A stretch of DNA of 48,251 bases from Kofleriaceae bacterium (GCA_046597055.1 JBKJLC010000068.1:1-48251); one strand, 5' to 3'. Positions 20,591 through 34,108 are shown, counted from the stretch's first letter. Notes: generated by a model from the sequence alone, not told the origin. Made by a program: numbers and translations.

Positions 20591-21949
20591 ATGCCCCCCG
20601 AACTGTCACCGAGCCGTCCCGAGGTGTCGCCCGCCCCGGCAGATCGCGGCAGCGCGCTCCCGGACGGGCAACGCTTCCCCCCGGCCGAGGGTCCCACCGG
20701 CGTGCGTTCGGGCGTGGCGATCGCCATCGGTGTGTCGGCCATTGTGCACCTCGCAGTGCTGGTCGCGCTGATCACGATCGAGCCCCGGGAGCGGCTCGCC
20801 GTAGCGCCACCGCCGCGCCTCGAGCTCGTCACCACGCCGATCGAGATCGCCCTCTTCACCCTGCCCGCCCCCCCGCCGTCGCCGTCGCCGTCTCCCTCTC
20901 CCTCTCCCTCTCCTTCTCCTTCTCCTTCTCCTTCTCCCTCTCCCTCTCCCGCTCCTTCTCCCACTCCCGCCCTCTCCGCCTCCACCGCCGTCCCCGACAC
21001 CGCCGTCCCCGACACCGCCGTCCCCGCCCCCGACACCACATCCACCCCCGACAGCGCCCCCGGCCGGCTCTCCATGCGCGGCCACCCCGGCCAGACCCGG
21101 CTCGCGCCCCCCTCGGTCGCCCGCGCCTACACCCTCCCCGACGAGGGCAGCCCGGAGATCCACCCGCCCGACTACCAGCCGCCCGCGCCCACCGGCGAGC
21201 TCGCGCCCTCCGGGGGCGGCACCCACTCCAGCGATCGGCCCGGCTTCACCGGCAACGTCGCGCGCGACGGCAAGGTGTCGTTCGCGGACGACAAGGCGTT
21301 CAGCTACGAGATCCGGCTGCCCACACCGAAGAAGGTCGTGCGCGGCGTCGCCAGGGGGCTCGACAGCTGGCAGCGCGATCCCTACAAGCAGGTCCGCCGC
21401 GCGGTGCGCAACCCGTCCCGCCTGTGCCAGGTCGAGGAGGATGGCTGCGTCATCACCGACGAGGAAGGCGACCTCACCGACCACGTCGCGAAGGTCCAGG
21501 AGGACCAGGGCGTCTTCATTCCGGTGGTCGGCGGCGCCTTCAACCCGAGCGACGCGATCATGCGCAAGGCCGGCATCGATCCGTACCAGTCGGAGAAGCT
21601 GGCCTGGATGGACCGCACCCGCGACGAGCGGGCCGAGCTCGGCCGCGCCCACCGCGCCAAGGCGCTCCGCAGCACCCAGCAGACCGTGCAGAAGCACCTG
21701 CGCGCGCTGTGGGGCCGGGCCGAGCTCGACGCGGCGGCCCGGCGCGCCGCGCTGTTCGAGATGTGGGACGAGTGCGCCGAGGACGGCGAGCCCGCGACCA
21801 TCGAGGCCGGGACCCAGGCGCGCCTCGCGATCATCGCCTTCATCCGCGCCCGGCTCCCGGCCGGCTCGTCGGGTGCGTACCTGGCGGCCGAGCTCGCGAC
21901 CCTGAACTCCCGTCGCACCTCGAAGACGGTGTTCGCGCCCTACGAGTAG
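20591..21949 (+). CDS. Single-pass membrane protein with TonB/TolA-like anchor, (SP)n linker and unknown C-terminal domain
   Basis: TM VAIAIGVSAIVHLAVLVALI with S-x3-H; Pro/Ser-rich linker; well-formed high-GC3 C-terminal coding region. The start may be GTG at 20702. Confidence 0.7.
   Translation: MPPELSPSRPEVSPAPADRGSALPDGQRFPPAEGPTGVRSGVAIAIGVSAIVHLAVLVALITIEPRERLAVAPPPRLELVTTPIEIALFTLPAPPPSPSPSPSPSPSPSPSPSPSPSPSPAPSPTPALSASTAVPDTAVPDTAVPAPDTTSTPDSAPGRLSMRGHPGQTRLAPPSVARAYTLPDEGSPEIHPPDYQPPAPTGELAPSGGGTHSSDRPGFTGNVARDGKVSFADDKAFSYEIRLPTPKKVVRGVARGLDSWQRDPYKQVRRAVRNPSRLCQVEEDGCVITDEEGDLTDHVAKVQEDQGVFIPVVGGAFNPSDAIMRKAGIDPYQSEKLAWMDRTRDERAELGRAHRAKALRSTQQTVQKHLRALWGRAELDAAARRAALFEMWDECAEDGEPATIEAGTQARLAIIAFIRARLPAGSSGAYLAAELATLNSRRTSKTVFAPYE
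20879..21025 (+). repeat. Hexamer microsatellite (Ser-Pro)12 plus 15-bp tandem repeat (TAVPD)
   Basis: (TCGCCG)2(TCTCCC)3(TCTCCT)4(TCTCCC)3 at 20879-20950; ACCGCCGTCCCCGAC x2 plus a partial copy at 20984-21025. Confidence 0.95.
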
Positions 21950-21994
21950 CCGCGGCTCGACCGCGGATCACCGCCACCGTGCCATGCTCGCCGC

Positions 21995-24064
21995 ATGGGC
22001 GGCCACGAGCTCATCCAGACGCTCGCCCTCGTGATCGGCACCGCCGCGGTGACGACGCTGGTGTTCCAGCGCCTGCGCCTGCCGGTCGTGCTCGGCTATC
22101 TGGTCGCCGGCTTCCTGGTCGGTCCCAACGCGACGTTCTGGTGGGTCGCCGACGTCAGCGTGGTGCAGACGCTGGCCGAGCTGGGCGTGATCCTGCTGAT
22201 GTTCTCGCTCGGGCTCGAGCTCAGCATCCGCGGCGTGCTCGGCGTCGGCGGTGGCACCATCGTCGCCACCGTGATCGAGGTCGGGCTGATGGCGGTGCTC
22301 GGCACCGCGGTCGGGCGCGCCTTCGGCCTCGCCGGCGAGACCAGCCTGTTCGTTGGCGTGATGGTCGCGATCTCGTCGACCACGATCATCGCGCGTTCGC
22401 TCGCCGATCACCCGCCGCCGCCGGCCCAGCGCACCCTGGTGTTCTCGGTCCTGGTGGTCGAGGACCTGCTGGCGATCTTGTTGCTCACCGTGCTGACCGC
22501 GGTCGGTCGCGGCGCCGGCCTCGGCGTGACCGAGCTCGCGATCACCGTGGCCAAGCTGCTCGGCTTCCTGGTCGTGACGCTGGTGGTCGGCCTGCTGGTG
22601 GTGCCGCGGATCGTGCGCGCCGCGGTCGCGCTGGGCCGGCGCGAGACCTCGCTGATGGTGTCGATCGGCGTGTGCTTCGCGCTCGCGCTCACCGCCGCCG
22701 CCGCCGGCTACTCGGTCGCGCTCGGCGCGTTCGTCGCGGGCGCGCTGGTGGCCGAGGCCGGGGAGAACCACACCATCGAGCCGCTGGTCGAGCCGGTGCG
22801 CGACCTGTTCGCTGGCATCTTCTTCGTCTCGGTCGGCATGCTGATCGACCCCGACGCGATCGCGAGCGCTTGGCTCGAGATCGTGGTGACGCTGGGCGTG
22901 GTGGTGATCGGCAAGATCGTCGCGGTCACGCTTGGCGTGTTCCTCGCCGGCCGCGGCATCCAGGCCGCGGTCGCGACCGGCATGACGCTCGCGCAGATCG
23001 GTGAGCTGTCGTTCGTCGCGGCCAGCATCGGCGTCACCTCCGGCCTGCTGCCACCGACCTGGTACGCGGTCGCGGTCGCGGTCTCGGCGGTCACCACCGC
23101 GCTGACGCCGACCCTGGTCCGGCGCGGCCCCACGGTGGCCGCCTGGCTCGAGCCGCGGCTACCGCACCGGCTGGCAACCTTTGCGGTGCTGTACGGGTCG
23201 TGGATCGAAGGCCTGCGGGGCGTGAAGCTGCGCCGGGTGCCCGGCCCGCGCCTGCGTCGGCGCGCGGTCTTCCTGGTGCTCGACGCCGGCCTGCTGGCCG
23301 GCCTGGTGATCGCGACCGGCATCCACCTCGAGCGGGCCGCCGCGGCGCTGGTCGCCGAGCTCGAGCTCGTGCATGAGGTCGCGCGCGCCGCGGTGCTCGC
23401 GGGCGCCGCGGTGCTCGCGATCCCGCTGCTGCTCGGCATGGGCCGGCTGTCGCGGGCGATCGCCCTCGGCCTGGCCGAGCGCGCGCTGCCCTCGCGCGCT
23501 GGCGTCGATCTGGGCGCGGCGCCGCGCCGCATGCTGGTGGTCGCGCTGCAGGTGCCGCTGCTGCTGGTCGCGATGATTCCGACCCTGGCCGCGACCGGCG
23601 CGATCCGGCCGTGGCTCGCGCTGGCGGTGATGGGCATCCTGGTGGTGGTCGAGGCGTGGCGGGTGTGGCGCTCGGCCGGCGACCTCGACGAGCACGTCAG
23701 CGCCGGCGCCCAGGCCATCGTCGAGGTCCTGGCGGCCCAGACCCGCCGGCGCGAGCCGACCGAGCACGACGAGCCGGCGGCGCCGACCGGCCCCACCCTC
23801 GAGATGGTCGATCAGATGTTGCCGGGCCTGGGCACCCCGACCGCGGTCCGGGTCGGCCCCGCCAGCACGGTGGCCGGTCAGTCGCTCGGCGTGGCCAACC
23901 TGCGCGGCCGCACCGGCGCGACCGTGCTCGCGATCCAGCGCGGCGACCACAGCATCGCGGTGCCGTCGGCCGACGACACCATCGAGGCCGGCGACCTGCT
24001 CGCGCTCGCCGGCAGCCGGGACGCGATCCTCGCGGCGACCGCGCTCCTGGTCGATGATCGATAA
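21995..24064 (+). CDS. CPA2-family cation:proton antiporter with C-terminal RCK-C (TrkA-C) domain
   Basis: LPVVLGYLVAGFLVGP, AELGVILLMFSLGLE, ISST, VVEDL, RDLFAGIFFVSVGML, QIGELSF; C-terminal GQSL...LRGRTGATVLAIQRG...P.ADDTIEAGD. Confidence 0.92.
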   Translation: MGGHELIQTLALVIGTAAVTTLVFQRLRLPVVLGYLVAGFLVGPNATFWWVADVSVVQTLAELGVILLMFSLGLELSIRGVLGVGGGTIVATVIEVGLMAVLGTAVGRAFGLAGETSLFVGVMVAISSTTIIARSLADHPPPPAQRTLVFSVLVVEDLLAILLLTVLTAVGRGAGLGVTELAITVAKLLGFLVVTLVVGLLVVPRIVRAAVALGRRETSLMVSIGVCFALALTAAAAGYSVALGAFVAGALVAEAGENHTIEPLVEPVRDLFAGIFFVSVGMLIDPDAIASAWLEIVVTLGVVVIGKIVAVTLGVFLAGRGIQAAVATGMTLAQIGELSFVAASIGVTSGLLPPTWYAVAVAVSAVTTALTPTLVRRGPTVAAWLEPRLPHRLATFAVLYGSWIEGLRGVKLRRVPGPRLRRRAVFLVLDAGLLAGLVIATGIHLERAAAALVAELELVHEVARAAVLAGAAVLAIPLLLGMGRLSRAIALGLAERALPSRAGVDLGAAPRRMLVVALQVPLLLVAMIPTLAATGAIRPWLALAVMGILVVVEAWRVWRSAGDLDEHVSAGAQAIVEVLAAQTRRREPTEHDEPAAPTGPTLEMVDQMLPGLGTPTAVRVGPASTVAGQSLGVANLRGRTGATVLAIQRGDHSIAVPSADDTIEAGDLLALAGSRDAILAATALLVDDR

Positions 24065-24241
24065 GGGGTCTCGCCGGGCGTCGACTTTGACCTGACGTAG
24101 CGTCCTCGCACACCCCCGTGCGACGGAGCGCAGGCGACTCACGCCGATGCCACTCGGTGCGCTTCGCAATGCGACCGATTTCCATGACTTGGGGCACACG
24201 CGGCTGGTGCACACGTCTTGCAATTCCCGCCGGCCAGAAAG

Positions 24242-28687
<4,446 letters not shown>

Positions 28688-28762
28688 CGGTGCGGCAGGC
28701 GCGTGCAGCCACGCGGCGCGCACAGCTCGCCGAGCCACGGCTCGTGGCCGATCACCGCGACC

Positions 28763-28782
28763 CGCTGTCAGCCCTGCCGACA
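28763..28782 (+). promoter_or_regulatory. Putative enhancer (bEBP binding site) upstream of fliM
   Basis: CGCTGTCAGCCCTGCCGACA, 18/20 identical to 36269-36288, with the same 70-bp offset to a -24/-12 promoter. Confidence 0.65.
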
Positions 28783-28832
28783 TCGACAGCAGCTTGGCGG
28801 CTCGAGGGCAGGAAGTCCGGGCTCTTGAAGCG

Positions 28833-28848
28833 TGGCATGGCGGGTGCA
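28833..28848 (+). promoter_or_regulatory. Sigma54 (-24/-12) promoter of the fliM-flhA operon
   Basis: TGGCATGGCGGGTGCA fits GG-N10-GC and lies 12 nt before ATG 28860. Confidence 0.65.
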
Positions 28849-28859
28849 CGACCGGCGGC

Positions 28860-29792
28860 ATGAGCGAGCAGGCACTCGATCCTGCCGAGCTGGAGGCGAT
28901 TCAGGCGGCCATGCGCCAGAGCGCACCGGCCGGTCGATCTTTTCAGCCGTCCACCGAGGTTTCCTCCCTGTCGCTGTTCGCGACCGATCGCGACGCGCTC
29001 GCGGCCCGGCCGCGGCTCGGCGATCTGGCGGTCCGCTGGGCCGGTCGCCTGGGCAAGGTCCTGCGCGGGTATCTCGGCGACATCGGCGTCGACGCGATGG
29101 GCGCCGAGCTGGTCGACGCCCCCACCGTGGCTGACGAGCTGCGGTCGATGTGGCGGGCGCTGATCGTCGTCGAGGGCCGCGGGACCATCGTGGTCGCGAT
29201 CGGCGGCGGGCTGGTCGAGGCCGCCGCCGCTCGCCGCTGCGGTGCCCGTCAGCCCGGCACGTCGCAGCGGGGGCCGTCGCCGGTGTCGCTGCGCTTGTTC
29301 GCACCCGCCGGCGAGGCCGCGATGAGCGCGTTCGAAGAGGCGTGGACGGAGCTAGACCGCACCCCGGTCCGCCGCGAGCCGGTCGGTCCCGATGCGGTTG
29401 CCGCCGCGCTCGGCAAGGACAGCGTGCTGGTCGCGACCCTGGCGATCTCCGGAGCGGCCACCGGTCGCATCCGCATCTACGCGCTGCCCGGCGTGCTGAC
29501 CGTGCCCGCGACCGCGCGCGCCCCGGTGGCGGTCGACTCGCGCGCGATCGCGGCGGCCCTGGGCGCGGTCACCGTCGAGGTCCGGGTCGATCTCGCCACC
29601 ATGCCGATGAGCCTGTCGGAGCTGCGGGCCCTTCGTCCCGGCTCCGAGATCACGCTGCCGGTCTTCGTCGACGAGCCCCTGCCGATCTACTGCGGCGGCG
29701 TGCTCAAGGCGTGGGGCCGGCCGGTCGTGTCGCGCGGCGTGCTCGCCGTCGAGATCTCAGCCCTTGCCACGCCTGGAGGAGGACGCCCATGA
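28860..29792 (+). CDS. fliM: Flagellar motor switch protein FliM (divergent)
   Basis: N-terminal LDPAELEAI resembles the FliM CheY-binding peptide; C-terminal SpoA domain (VEVRVDLATMPMSLSELRALRPGSEITL...GRPVVSRGVLAVEI); lies before fliN. Confidence 0.7.
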   Translation: MSEQALDPAELEAIQAAMRQSAPAGRSFQPSTEVSSLSLFATDRDALAARPRLGDLAVRWAGRLGKVLRGYLGDIGVDAMGAELVDAPTVADELRSMWRALIVVEGRGTIVVAIGGGLVEAAAARRCGARQPGTSQRGPSPVSLRLFAPAGEAAMSAFEEAWTELDRTPVRREPVGPDAVAAALGKDSVLVATLAISGAATGRIRIYALPGVLTVPATARAPVAVDSRAIAAALGAVTVEVRVDLATMPMSLSELRALRPGSEITLPVFVDEPLPIYCGGVLKAWGRPVVSRGVLAVEISALATPGGGRP

Positions 29793-30064
29793 ACGACCCT
29801 GCTGCGATCACCGACGTGAAACGCCTCGAGATGCTCCTCCACGACGTGCCGCTCGAGCTCACGGTCGAGCTCGGTCGCGTCAAGCTGAGCCTGTCCGAGC
29901 TGGCCGGCCGCCTCGGCCCGGGCTCGATCATCACCCTCGACAAGGTCACCGGTGCGCCGCTCGATGTGCGCATCAACGCGCGCCTGGTGGCCCGCGCCGA
30001 GGCGGTCGCCGTCGGCGACCGTTGCGGCATCCGCATCCTCGAGATCGTCGAGAAGGAAGGCTGA
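29789..30064 (+). CDS. fliN: Flagellar motor switch protein FliN
   Basis: LHDVPLELTVELGR...GSIITLDK..GAPLDVRINARLVARAEAV..GDRCGIRI; GGAGG SD; ATGA overlap. Confidence 0.92.
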   Translation: MNDPAAITDVKRLEMLLHDVPLELTVELGRVKLSLSELAGRLGPGSIITLDKVTGAPLDVRINARLVARAEAVAVGDRCGIRILEIVEKEG

Positions 30065-30065
30065 C

Positions 30066-31346
30066 ATGCGGCTGGTCGTCGCCGTGGCGTCCCTCATCTT
30101 GATGGTCACCGCCGCGGGAGCGACGGCCGCACCCGATCGCCGGTTCGAGGTCCTCGACCGGGGCGATCAGGTCGAGGTCATCGCGACCGGCGTCACGGCC
30201 AAGCCTGGTGCGAAGGTGGCAGTGGTGCGCGAGCGGCTCGAGATCGAGCTGGCCGGCATGCCGCGACCAGGCGCGCGCGAGAGCGCGGACGCCACCGTCC
30301 AGATCGTCGAGATCCGGGGCAGCCGGCGGGTGCTCAGCATGAAGCTCCGGCTCGAGCACGACGGCGTGGTCGCCGTGCGTGGTCTCGCCGCCTTTGTCCA
30401 GACCGGCGATACGCTGCATGTGACGATCCCGCGGCAGCTGCCAACCACCGCGGCGGCCGCGCCGGTGACAGCGACCGCGCCGACCCAGCCGGCGGCGGTC
30501 GTCACGCCCCCGGTGACCCCGCCGGTCACGTCGGCGTCGGTCGAAACCCCGCCAGCGGCCGCGACCGCCGGTGCCACGCCGGGCAAGCCGTCGATCGGCG
30601 GTGCCACCACCCCCGCGGCCGCGACCGTCGTCGTCACCGCCGAACCCCCGCTGCCACCGTCCGTCACCGGGACCGGGACCGGGACCGCGCCGTCGGTCAC
30701 GCCGCTGCGCCCGCAGCCACGGTCCCCGTTCGCCGGCAGCCGCTGGCTGCTGGTCCTGGTCGGCCTGGTCCTGGTCGGTGGCGGCGTCGCGGCCGTCCTC
30801 AAGCGCAACCGCAAGCCGCTGGTCGCTGGCGCCGATATCGACGTGATCGCCAGCCGCTCACTGGGCGGCAAGTCGCGGATCGTGTGGCTGGCTGCCGGTG
30901 ACCGCGAGGTGCTGGTGGCGGTGTCGCCGCAGGCGGTCCGGCTCCTCGGCTCGTGGCGCCGCGGTGATCGCGGCGACCGTACCGACCGCACCCTGGGCGG
31001 CCTCGGCGAGCTGGGCGAGCTCGACGAGCTGGGCGAGCTCGAGCTCGAGCCGGCCCTGGCCGAGCGACCAGCCCGGCAGGAAGACGAGCGCGCGGCCCGG
31101 CGGGACCTCGAGCGCCCGGTCCGGCCAGACACCGAGCGCCCGCGGGCCGAGGTCGCGCGCGGCTCCTCGGTGCACCTGCAGCCCAGCGCGGCGGTGTCCG
31201 GAATCCTGCGGCTGCGTGGGCAGTCAGCTGCCGCCAGGGCGGAGACCAACAGCAAGCCGCCGTCTGACCACGCAAGCGACGACCCCGAGGCCGACGAGCA
31301 GTGGGCGCGCGACGTCCTGGCCAATACCAACGGGGGACCGCGGTGA
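30066..31346 (+). CDS. fliO: Extended FliO (signal peptide, periplasmic domain, P/T linker, TM, FliO domain, long tail), 426 aa
   Basis: TM WLLVLVGLVLVGGGVAAVL followed by IDVIASRSLGGKSRIVWLAAGDREVLVAVSPQAVRLL; lies between fliN and fliP. Confidence 0.75.
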   Translation: MRLVVAVASLILMVTAAGATAAPDRRFEVLDRGDQVEVIATGVTAKPGAKVAVVRERLEIELAGMPRPGARESADATVQIVEIRGSRRVLSMKLRLEHDGVVAVRGLAAFVQTGDTLHVTIPRQLPTTAAAAPVTATAPTQPAAVVTPPVTPPVTSASVETPPAAATAGATPGKPSIGGATTPAAATVVVTAEPPLPPSVTGTGTGTAPSVTPLRPQPRSPFAGSRWLLVLVGLVLVGGGVAAVLKRNRKPLVAGADIDVIASRSLGGKSRIVWLAAGDREVLVAVSPQAVRLLGSWRRGDRGDRTDRTLGGLGELGELDELGELELEPALAERPARQEDERAARRDLERPVRPDTERPRAEVARGSSVHLQPSAAVSGILRLRGQSAAARAETNSKPPSDHASDDPEADEQWARDVLANTNGGPR

Positions 31347-32077
31347 CCAGGGCCACCCGGATCGGCCTCGGTACGCTCGCGGTCCTGGCCGCGCTCGCGG
31401 CACCTGCGCTCGCGCAGCCGGTCACCCCGGTGGCGCAGGTCACCAACGGCGGGCCCACCAGCGCGCTGACCATGGTCGGCATCCTGACCCTGGCGACGCT
31501 GATCCCGGCCGCGGTCCTGTCGTGCACCTGCTTCGTTCGCTTCGTGGTCGTCCTCGGTTTCGTGCGCACCGGCCTGGCCACCCCGGCGGCGCCGCCCAAC
31601 CAGGTGCTGGTCGGCCTCGCGCTGTTCATGACGATGTTCGTGTCGGCGCCGGTCGCGATCGAGATGTACGAGCGGGGCGGCAAGGGCTACATGGCCGGCA
31701 CCATGGACGAGGCGGCGGCGCTGGCCGCCGCCACCCCGCCGCTGCGCCGCTTCCTGCTGGAGCGCACCCGCGAGCAGGACCTCGCGCTGTTCTACGAGGT
31801 CTCGACCGCGCCGCGCCCGACCAAGGCCGAGGACGTGCCGCTGCGGATCGCGATCCCGGCGTTCATCGTCTCCGAGCTGCGGGCCGCGTTCGAGATCGGC
31901 CTGGCCATCCTGCTACCCTTCCTCGTCATCGATCTGGCGATCGCGTCGATCTTGACGGCGCTCGGCATGGTGATGGTGCCGCCCCAGGTGCTCGCGTTGC
32001 CCGTCAAGCTGCTGGTCTTCCTCGCGATCGACGGCTGGAGCCTGGTGGTGCGATCCTTGCTCGTCGGAGCGTCGTGA
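31343..32077 (+). CDS. fliP: Flagellar export gate protein FliP
   Basis: Cleavable signal peptide; TCFVRFVVVL...PPNQVLVGLALFMT; IPAFIVSEL..AFEIG...LPFLVIDL..ASIL.ALGMVMVPP..LALPVKLLVF...DGW. Confidence 0.93.
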   Translation: MTRATRIGLGTLAVLAALAAPALAQPVTPVAQVTNGGPTSALTMVGILTLATLIPAAVLSCTCFVRFVVVLGFVRTGLATPAAPPNQVLVGLALFMTMFVSAPVAIEMYERGGKGYMAGTMDEAAALAAATPPLRRFLLERTREQDLALFYEVSTAPRPTKAEDVPLRIAIPAFIVSELRAAFEIGLAILLPFLVIDLAIASILTALGMVMVPPQVLALPVKLLVFLAIDGWSLVVRSLLVGAS

Positions 32078-32343
32078 CCTCGCTCGATCTCTGGCGCGAA
32101 GCCCTCACCGTCCTGGCGACGGTGGCCGGGCCGTTCCTGATGGTGGCCCTGGTGCTCGGCCTCGCCGTCGCGCTGCTGCAGACCGCGACCCAGCTGCAGG
32201 AGAGCGTGCTTTCGTTCGTGCCCAAGCTGATCGGCGCGCTCCTGGTGCTCGCGCTGGGCGGCCACTACATGCTGGATCGCCTCGGCCAGTTCTCGACCGA
32301 GGCGATCGCGACCGCCGCCCGAACGACCGGCGAACGGCCGTGA
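32074..32343 (+). CDS. fliQ: Flagellar export gate protein FliQ
   Basis: GLAVALLQTATQLQESVLSFVPK; GTG start overlapping the fliP stop. Confidence 0.92.
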   Translation: MTSLDLWREALTVLATVAGPFLMVALVLGLAVALLQTATQLQESVLSFVPKLIGALLVLALGGHYMLDRLGQFSTEAIATAARTTGERP

Positions 32344-33074
32344 TCGCTCCCGGCGACTTCGCGGTGGTGGGCAGCTTCCTGCCTGTCTTCGCGCGCGCCG
32401 CCGGTTTCGCGTTCACCGCGCCGCTGCTCGGCGAGCCCACCACGCCGGTGCGCGCCCGCCTGCTATTCTCGGTCGCGGTCGCCGCCACCGTCGCGGGCGC
32501 GGCGCCCGCGGCCGACCCCGGCACCGCCATCGCGATGATCCCGCTCGAGCTCGGCGCCGGGATCCTCGCCGGCACCTCGGCGCGGTTCATCCTCGACCGG
32601 GTCGCCGCCGGCGGCCAGCTGGTCGGGCTCCACCTCGGGCTCGGCTTCGCCGCCGACTACGATCCGCGCGCCGGCGAGTCGGCCAGCGCGGCGCGCCGCC
32701 TGGTCTCGGCCATCGCCGGGCTCGCGTTCCTCGCCGCCGGCGGTCTCGAGGCCGGCGTGCGCGCGGTCGCCACCCCGGCCTCGTCCATCGATCTCGGCGC
32801 CGGCTTTTTAGGGATCGCCGCGCTCGCCACCTCGGTGATGGGGCACGCGCTGGCCTTCGCGGCGCCGGTGCTGCTGGCGGCAACCGTGCTCAACCTCGGG
32901 CTGGCGCTGATCAACCGCGCCGCGCCGGCGTTCAACGCGTTCTCGATCAGCCTGGCGATGGTCCTGCTCGGCGGCGGGCTGGTGCTCTACGCGACCGCCC
33001 CGGCCGCCGCCGGCGCCATCGACGACACCGCCCGCGCCGCGGTCGACTTCCTCAACGGCTGGGGCCAGTCGTGA
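32340..33074 (+). CDS. fliR: Flagellar export gate protein FliR
   Basis: FTAPLLGE...PVRAR, AGGQLVGLHLGLGFA...DP, FAAPV...LGLALINRAAPAFNAF. Confidence 0.85.
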   Translation: MIAPGDFAVVGSFLPVFARAAGFAFTAPLLGEPTTPVRARLLFSVAVAATVAGAAPAADPGTAIAMIPLELGAGILAGTSARFILDRVAAGGQLVGLHLGLGFAADYDPRAGESASAARRLVSAIAGLAFLAAGGLEAGVRAVATPASSIDLGAGFLGIAALATSVMGHALAFAAPVLLAATVLNLGLALINRAAPAFNAFSISLAMVLLGGGLVLYATAPAAAGAIDDTARAAVDFLNGWGQS

Positions 33075-34108
33075 GCGACGGCAACAAGAGCCACAAGCCG
33101 ACGCCCAAGCGGCAGCAGGAGTTCCGCAAGCGTGGCGAGATCGCGCAGTCGCGCGACCTGACCTCGTCGCTGACCCTGCTGGCCGGCGTGCTCGGCGCCT
33201 CGATGGGCGCCGCCGCCAGCTGGGCGGCGCTGTGCGGGTTGACCCGCACCGCGATGTCGGGCGCGACCTTCGAACAGGTCGCCGCCGCCAGCCGCGGCGC
33301 GTTCGTGACCGCGGTCGGCCCGGTCATGGTGGTGTCGCTGGTCGGCTGCCTGCTCGCCGGCGGCCTGCAGCTGGGGTGGCCACCCGCGCTCAAGGCGCCG
33401 ACCTTCGATTTCATCCGCCCGTTCTCGTTCCAGGGCATCACCCAGGTGCTGTCGCCGAGCGCGATGGCGCGCCAACTGTTCGGTGCGCTCGCCAAGGTCG
33501 CGGTGCTCGGCGGCGTGATGGTGATGGTGCTCGCCGGGGAGCTCGATGACCTCGCCACCGTCAGCGACCCGCACCTGGTGGCGGGGCGACTCGGTGGCGC
33601 CGTGCTGCGCCTGACCCTGATCACCGCGATCGCGTTCGCCGTCCTCGGCGTCGGCGACTACCTGCTCGCCCGCCGCCGCATCAACGCCAAGATGATGATG
33701 TCGACCGACGAGGTCCGCCGCGAGGGCAAGGAGCAGGAGGGCGATCCCCAGGTGAAGGGCCACCGGCGGCGCCGCATGCGCGAGCTCGCGAAGCGCCGGG
33801 TGGTGGCCGAGACCCGCACCGCCGACGTCGTGCTGGTCAACCCCACCCACTACGCGATCGCGCTGCGCTACCGCGCCAAGGACGGCGGGGCGCCCCGGGT
33901 GGTCGCCAAGGGCACCGACGAGCTCGCGGCCCGGATCCGTGAGGCCGCACGCGCCGCCGGCGTCCCGGTGGTGAGCCGGCCGCCGCTGGCTCGCGCGCTG
34001 TGGAAGCTGTGCCCCGAAGGCAAGGAGATCCCGGCCCCGCTGTTCCACGCGGTCGCCGAGGTGCTGGCCTACGTCTACCGGATCCGCCATGGCCGGAGGG
34101 TGTCGTGA
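33071..34108 (+). CDS. flhB: Flagellar export switch protein FlhB
   Basis: KPTPKR...RKRGEIAQSRDL; MMSTDEVRREGKEQEGDPQVK; NPTH autocleavage motif. Confidence 0.95.
   Translation: MSDGNKSHKPTPKRQQEFRKRGEIAQSRDLTSSLTLLAGVLGASMGAAASWAALCGLTRTAMSGATFEQVAAASRGAFVTAVGPVMVVSLVGCLLAGGLQLGWPPALKAPTFDFIRPFSFQGITQVLSPSAMARQLFGALAKVAVLGGVMVMVLAGELDDLATVSDPHLVAGRLGGAVLRLTLITAIAFAVLGVGDYLLARRRINAKMMMSTDEVRREGKEQEGDPQVKGHRRRRMRELAKRRVVAETRTADVVLVNPTHYAIALRYRAKDGGAPRVVAKGTDELAARIREAARAAGVPVVSRPPLARALWKLCPEGKEIPAPLFHAVAEVLAYVYRIRHGRRVS

Noticed and set aside
24207..24222. Sigma54-like site GTGCACACGTCTTGCA upstream of the CheBR hybrid
   Set aside because: The -12 half and downstream ATTC resemble the flhF promoter, but the essentially invariant GG at -25/-24 is TG and the 70-bp upstream box is absent.
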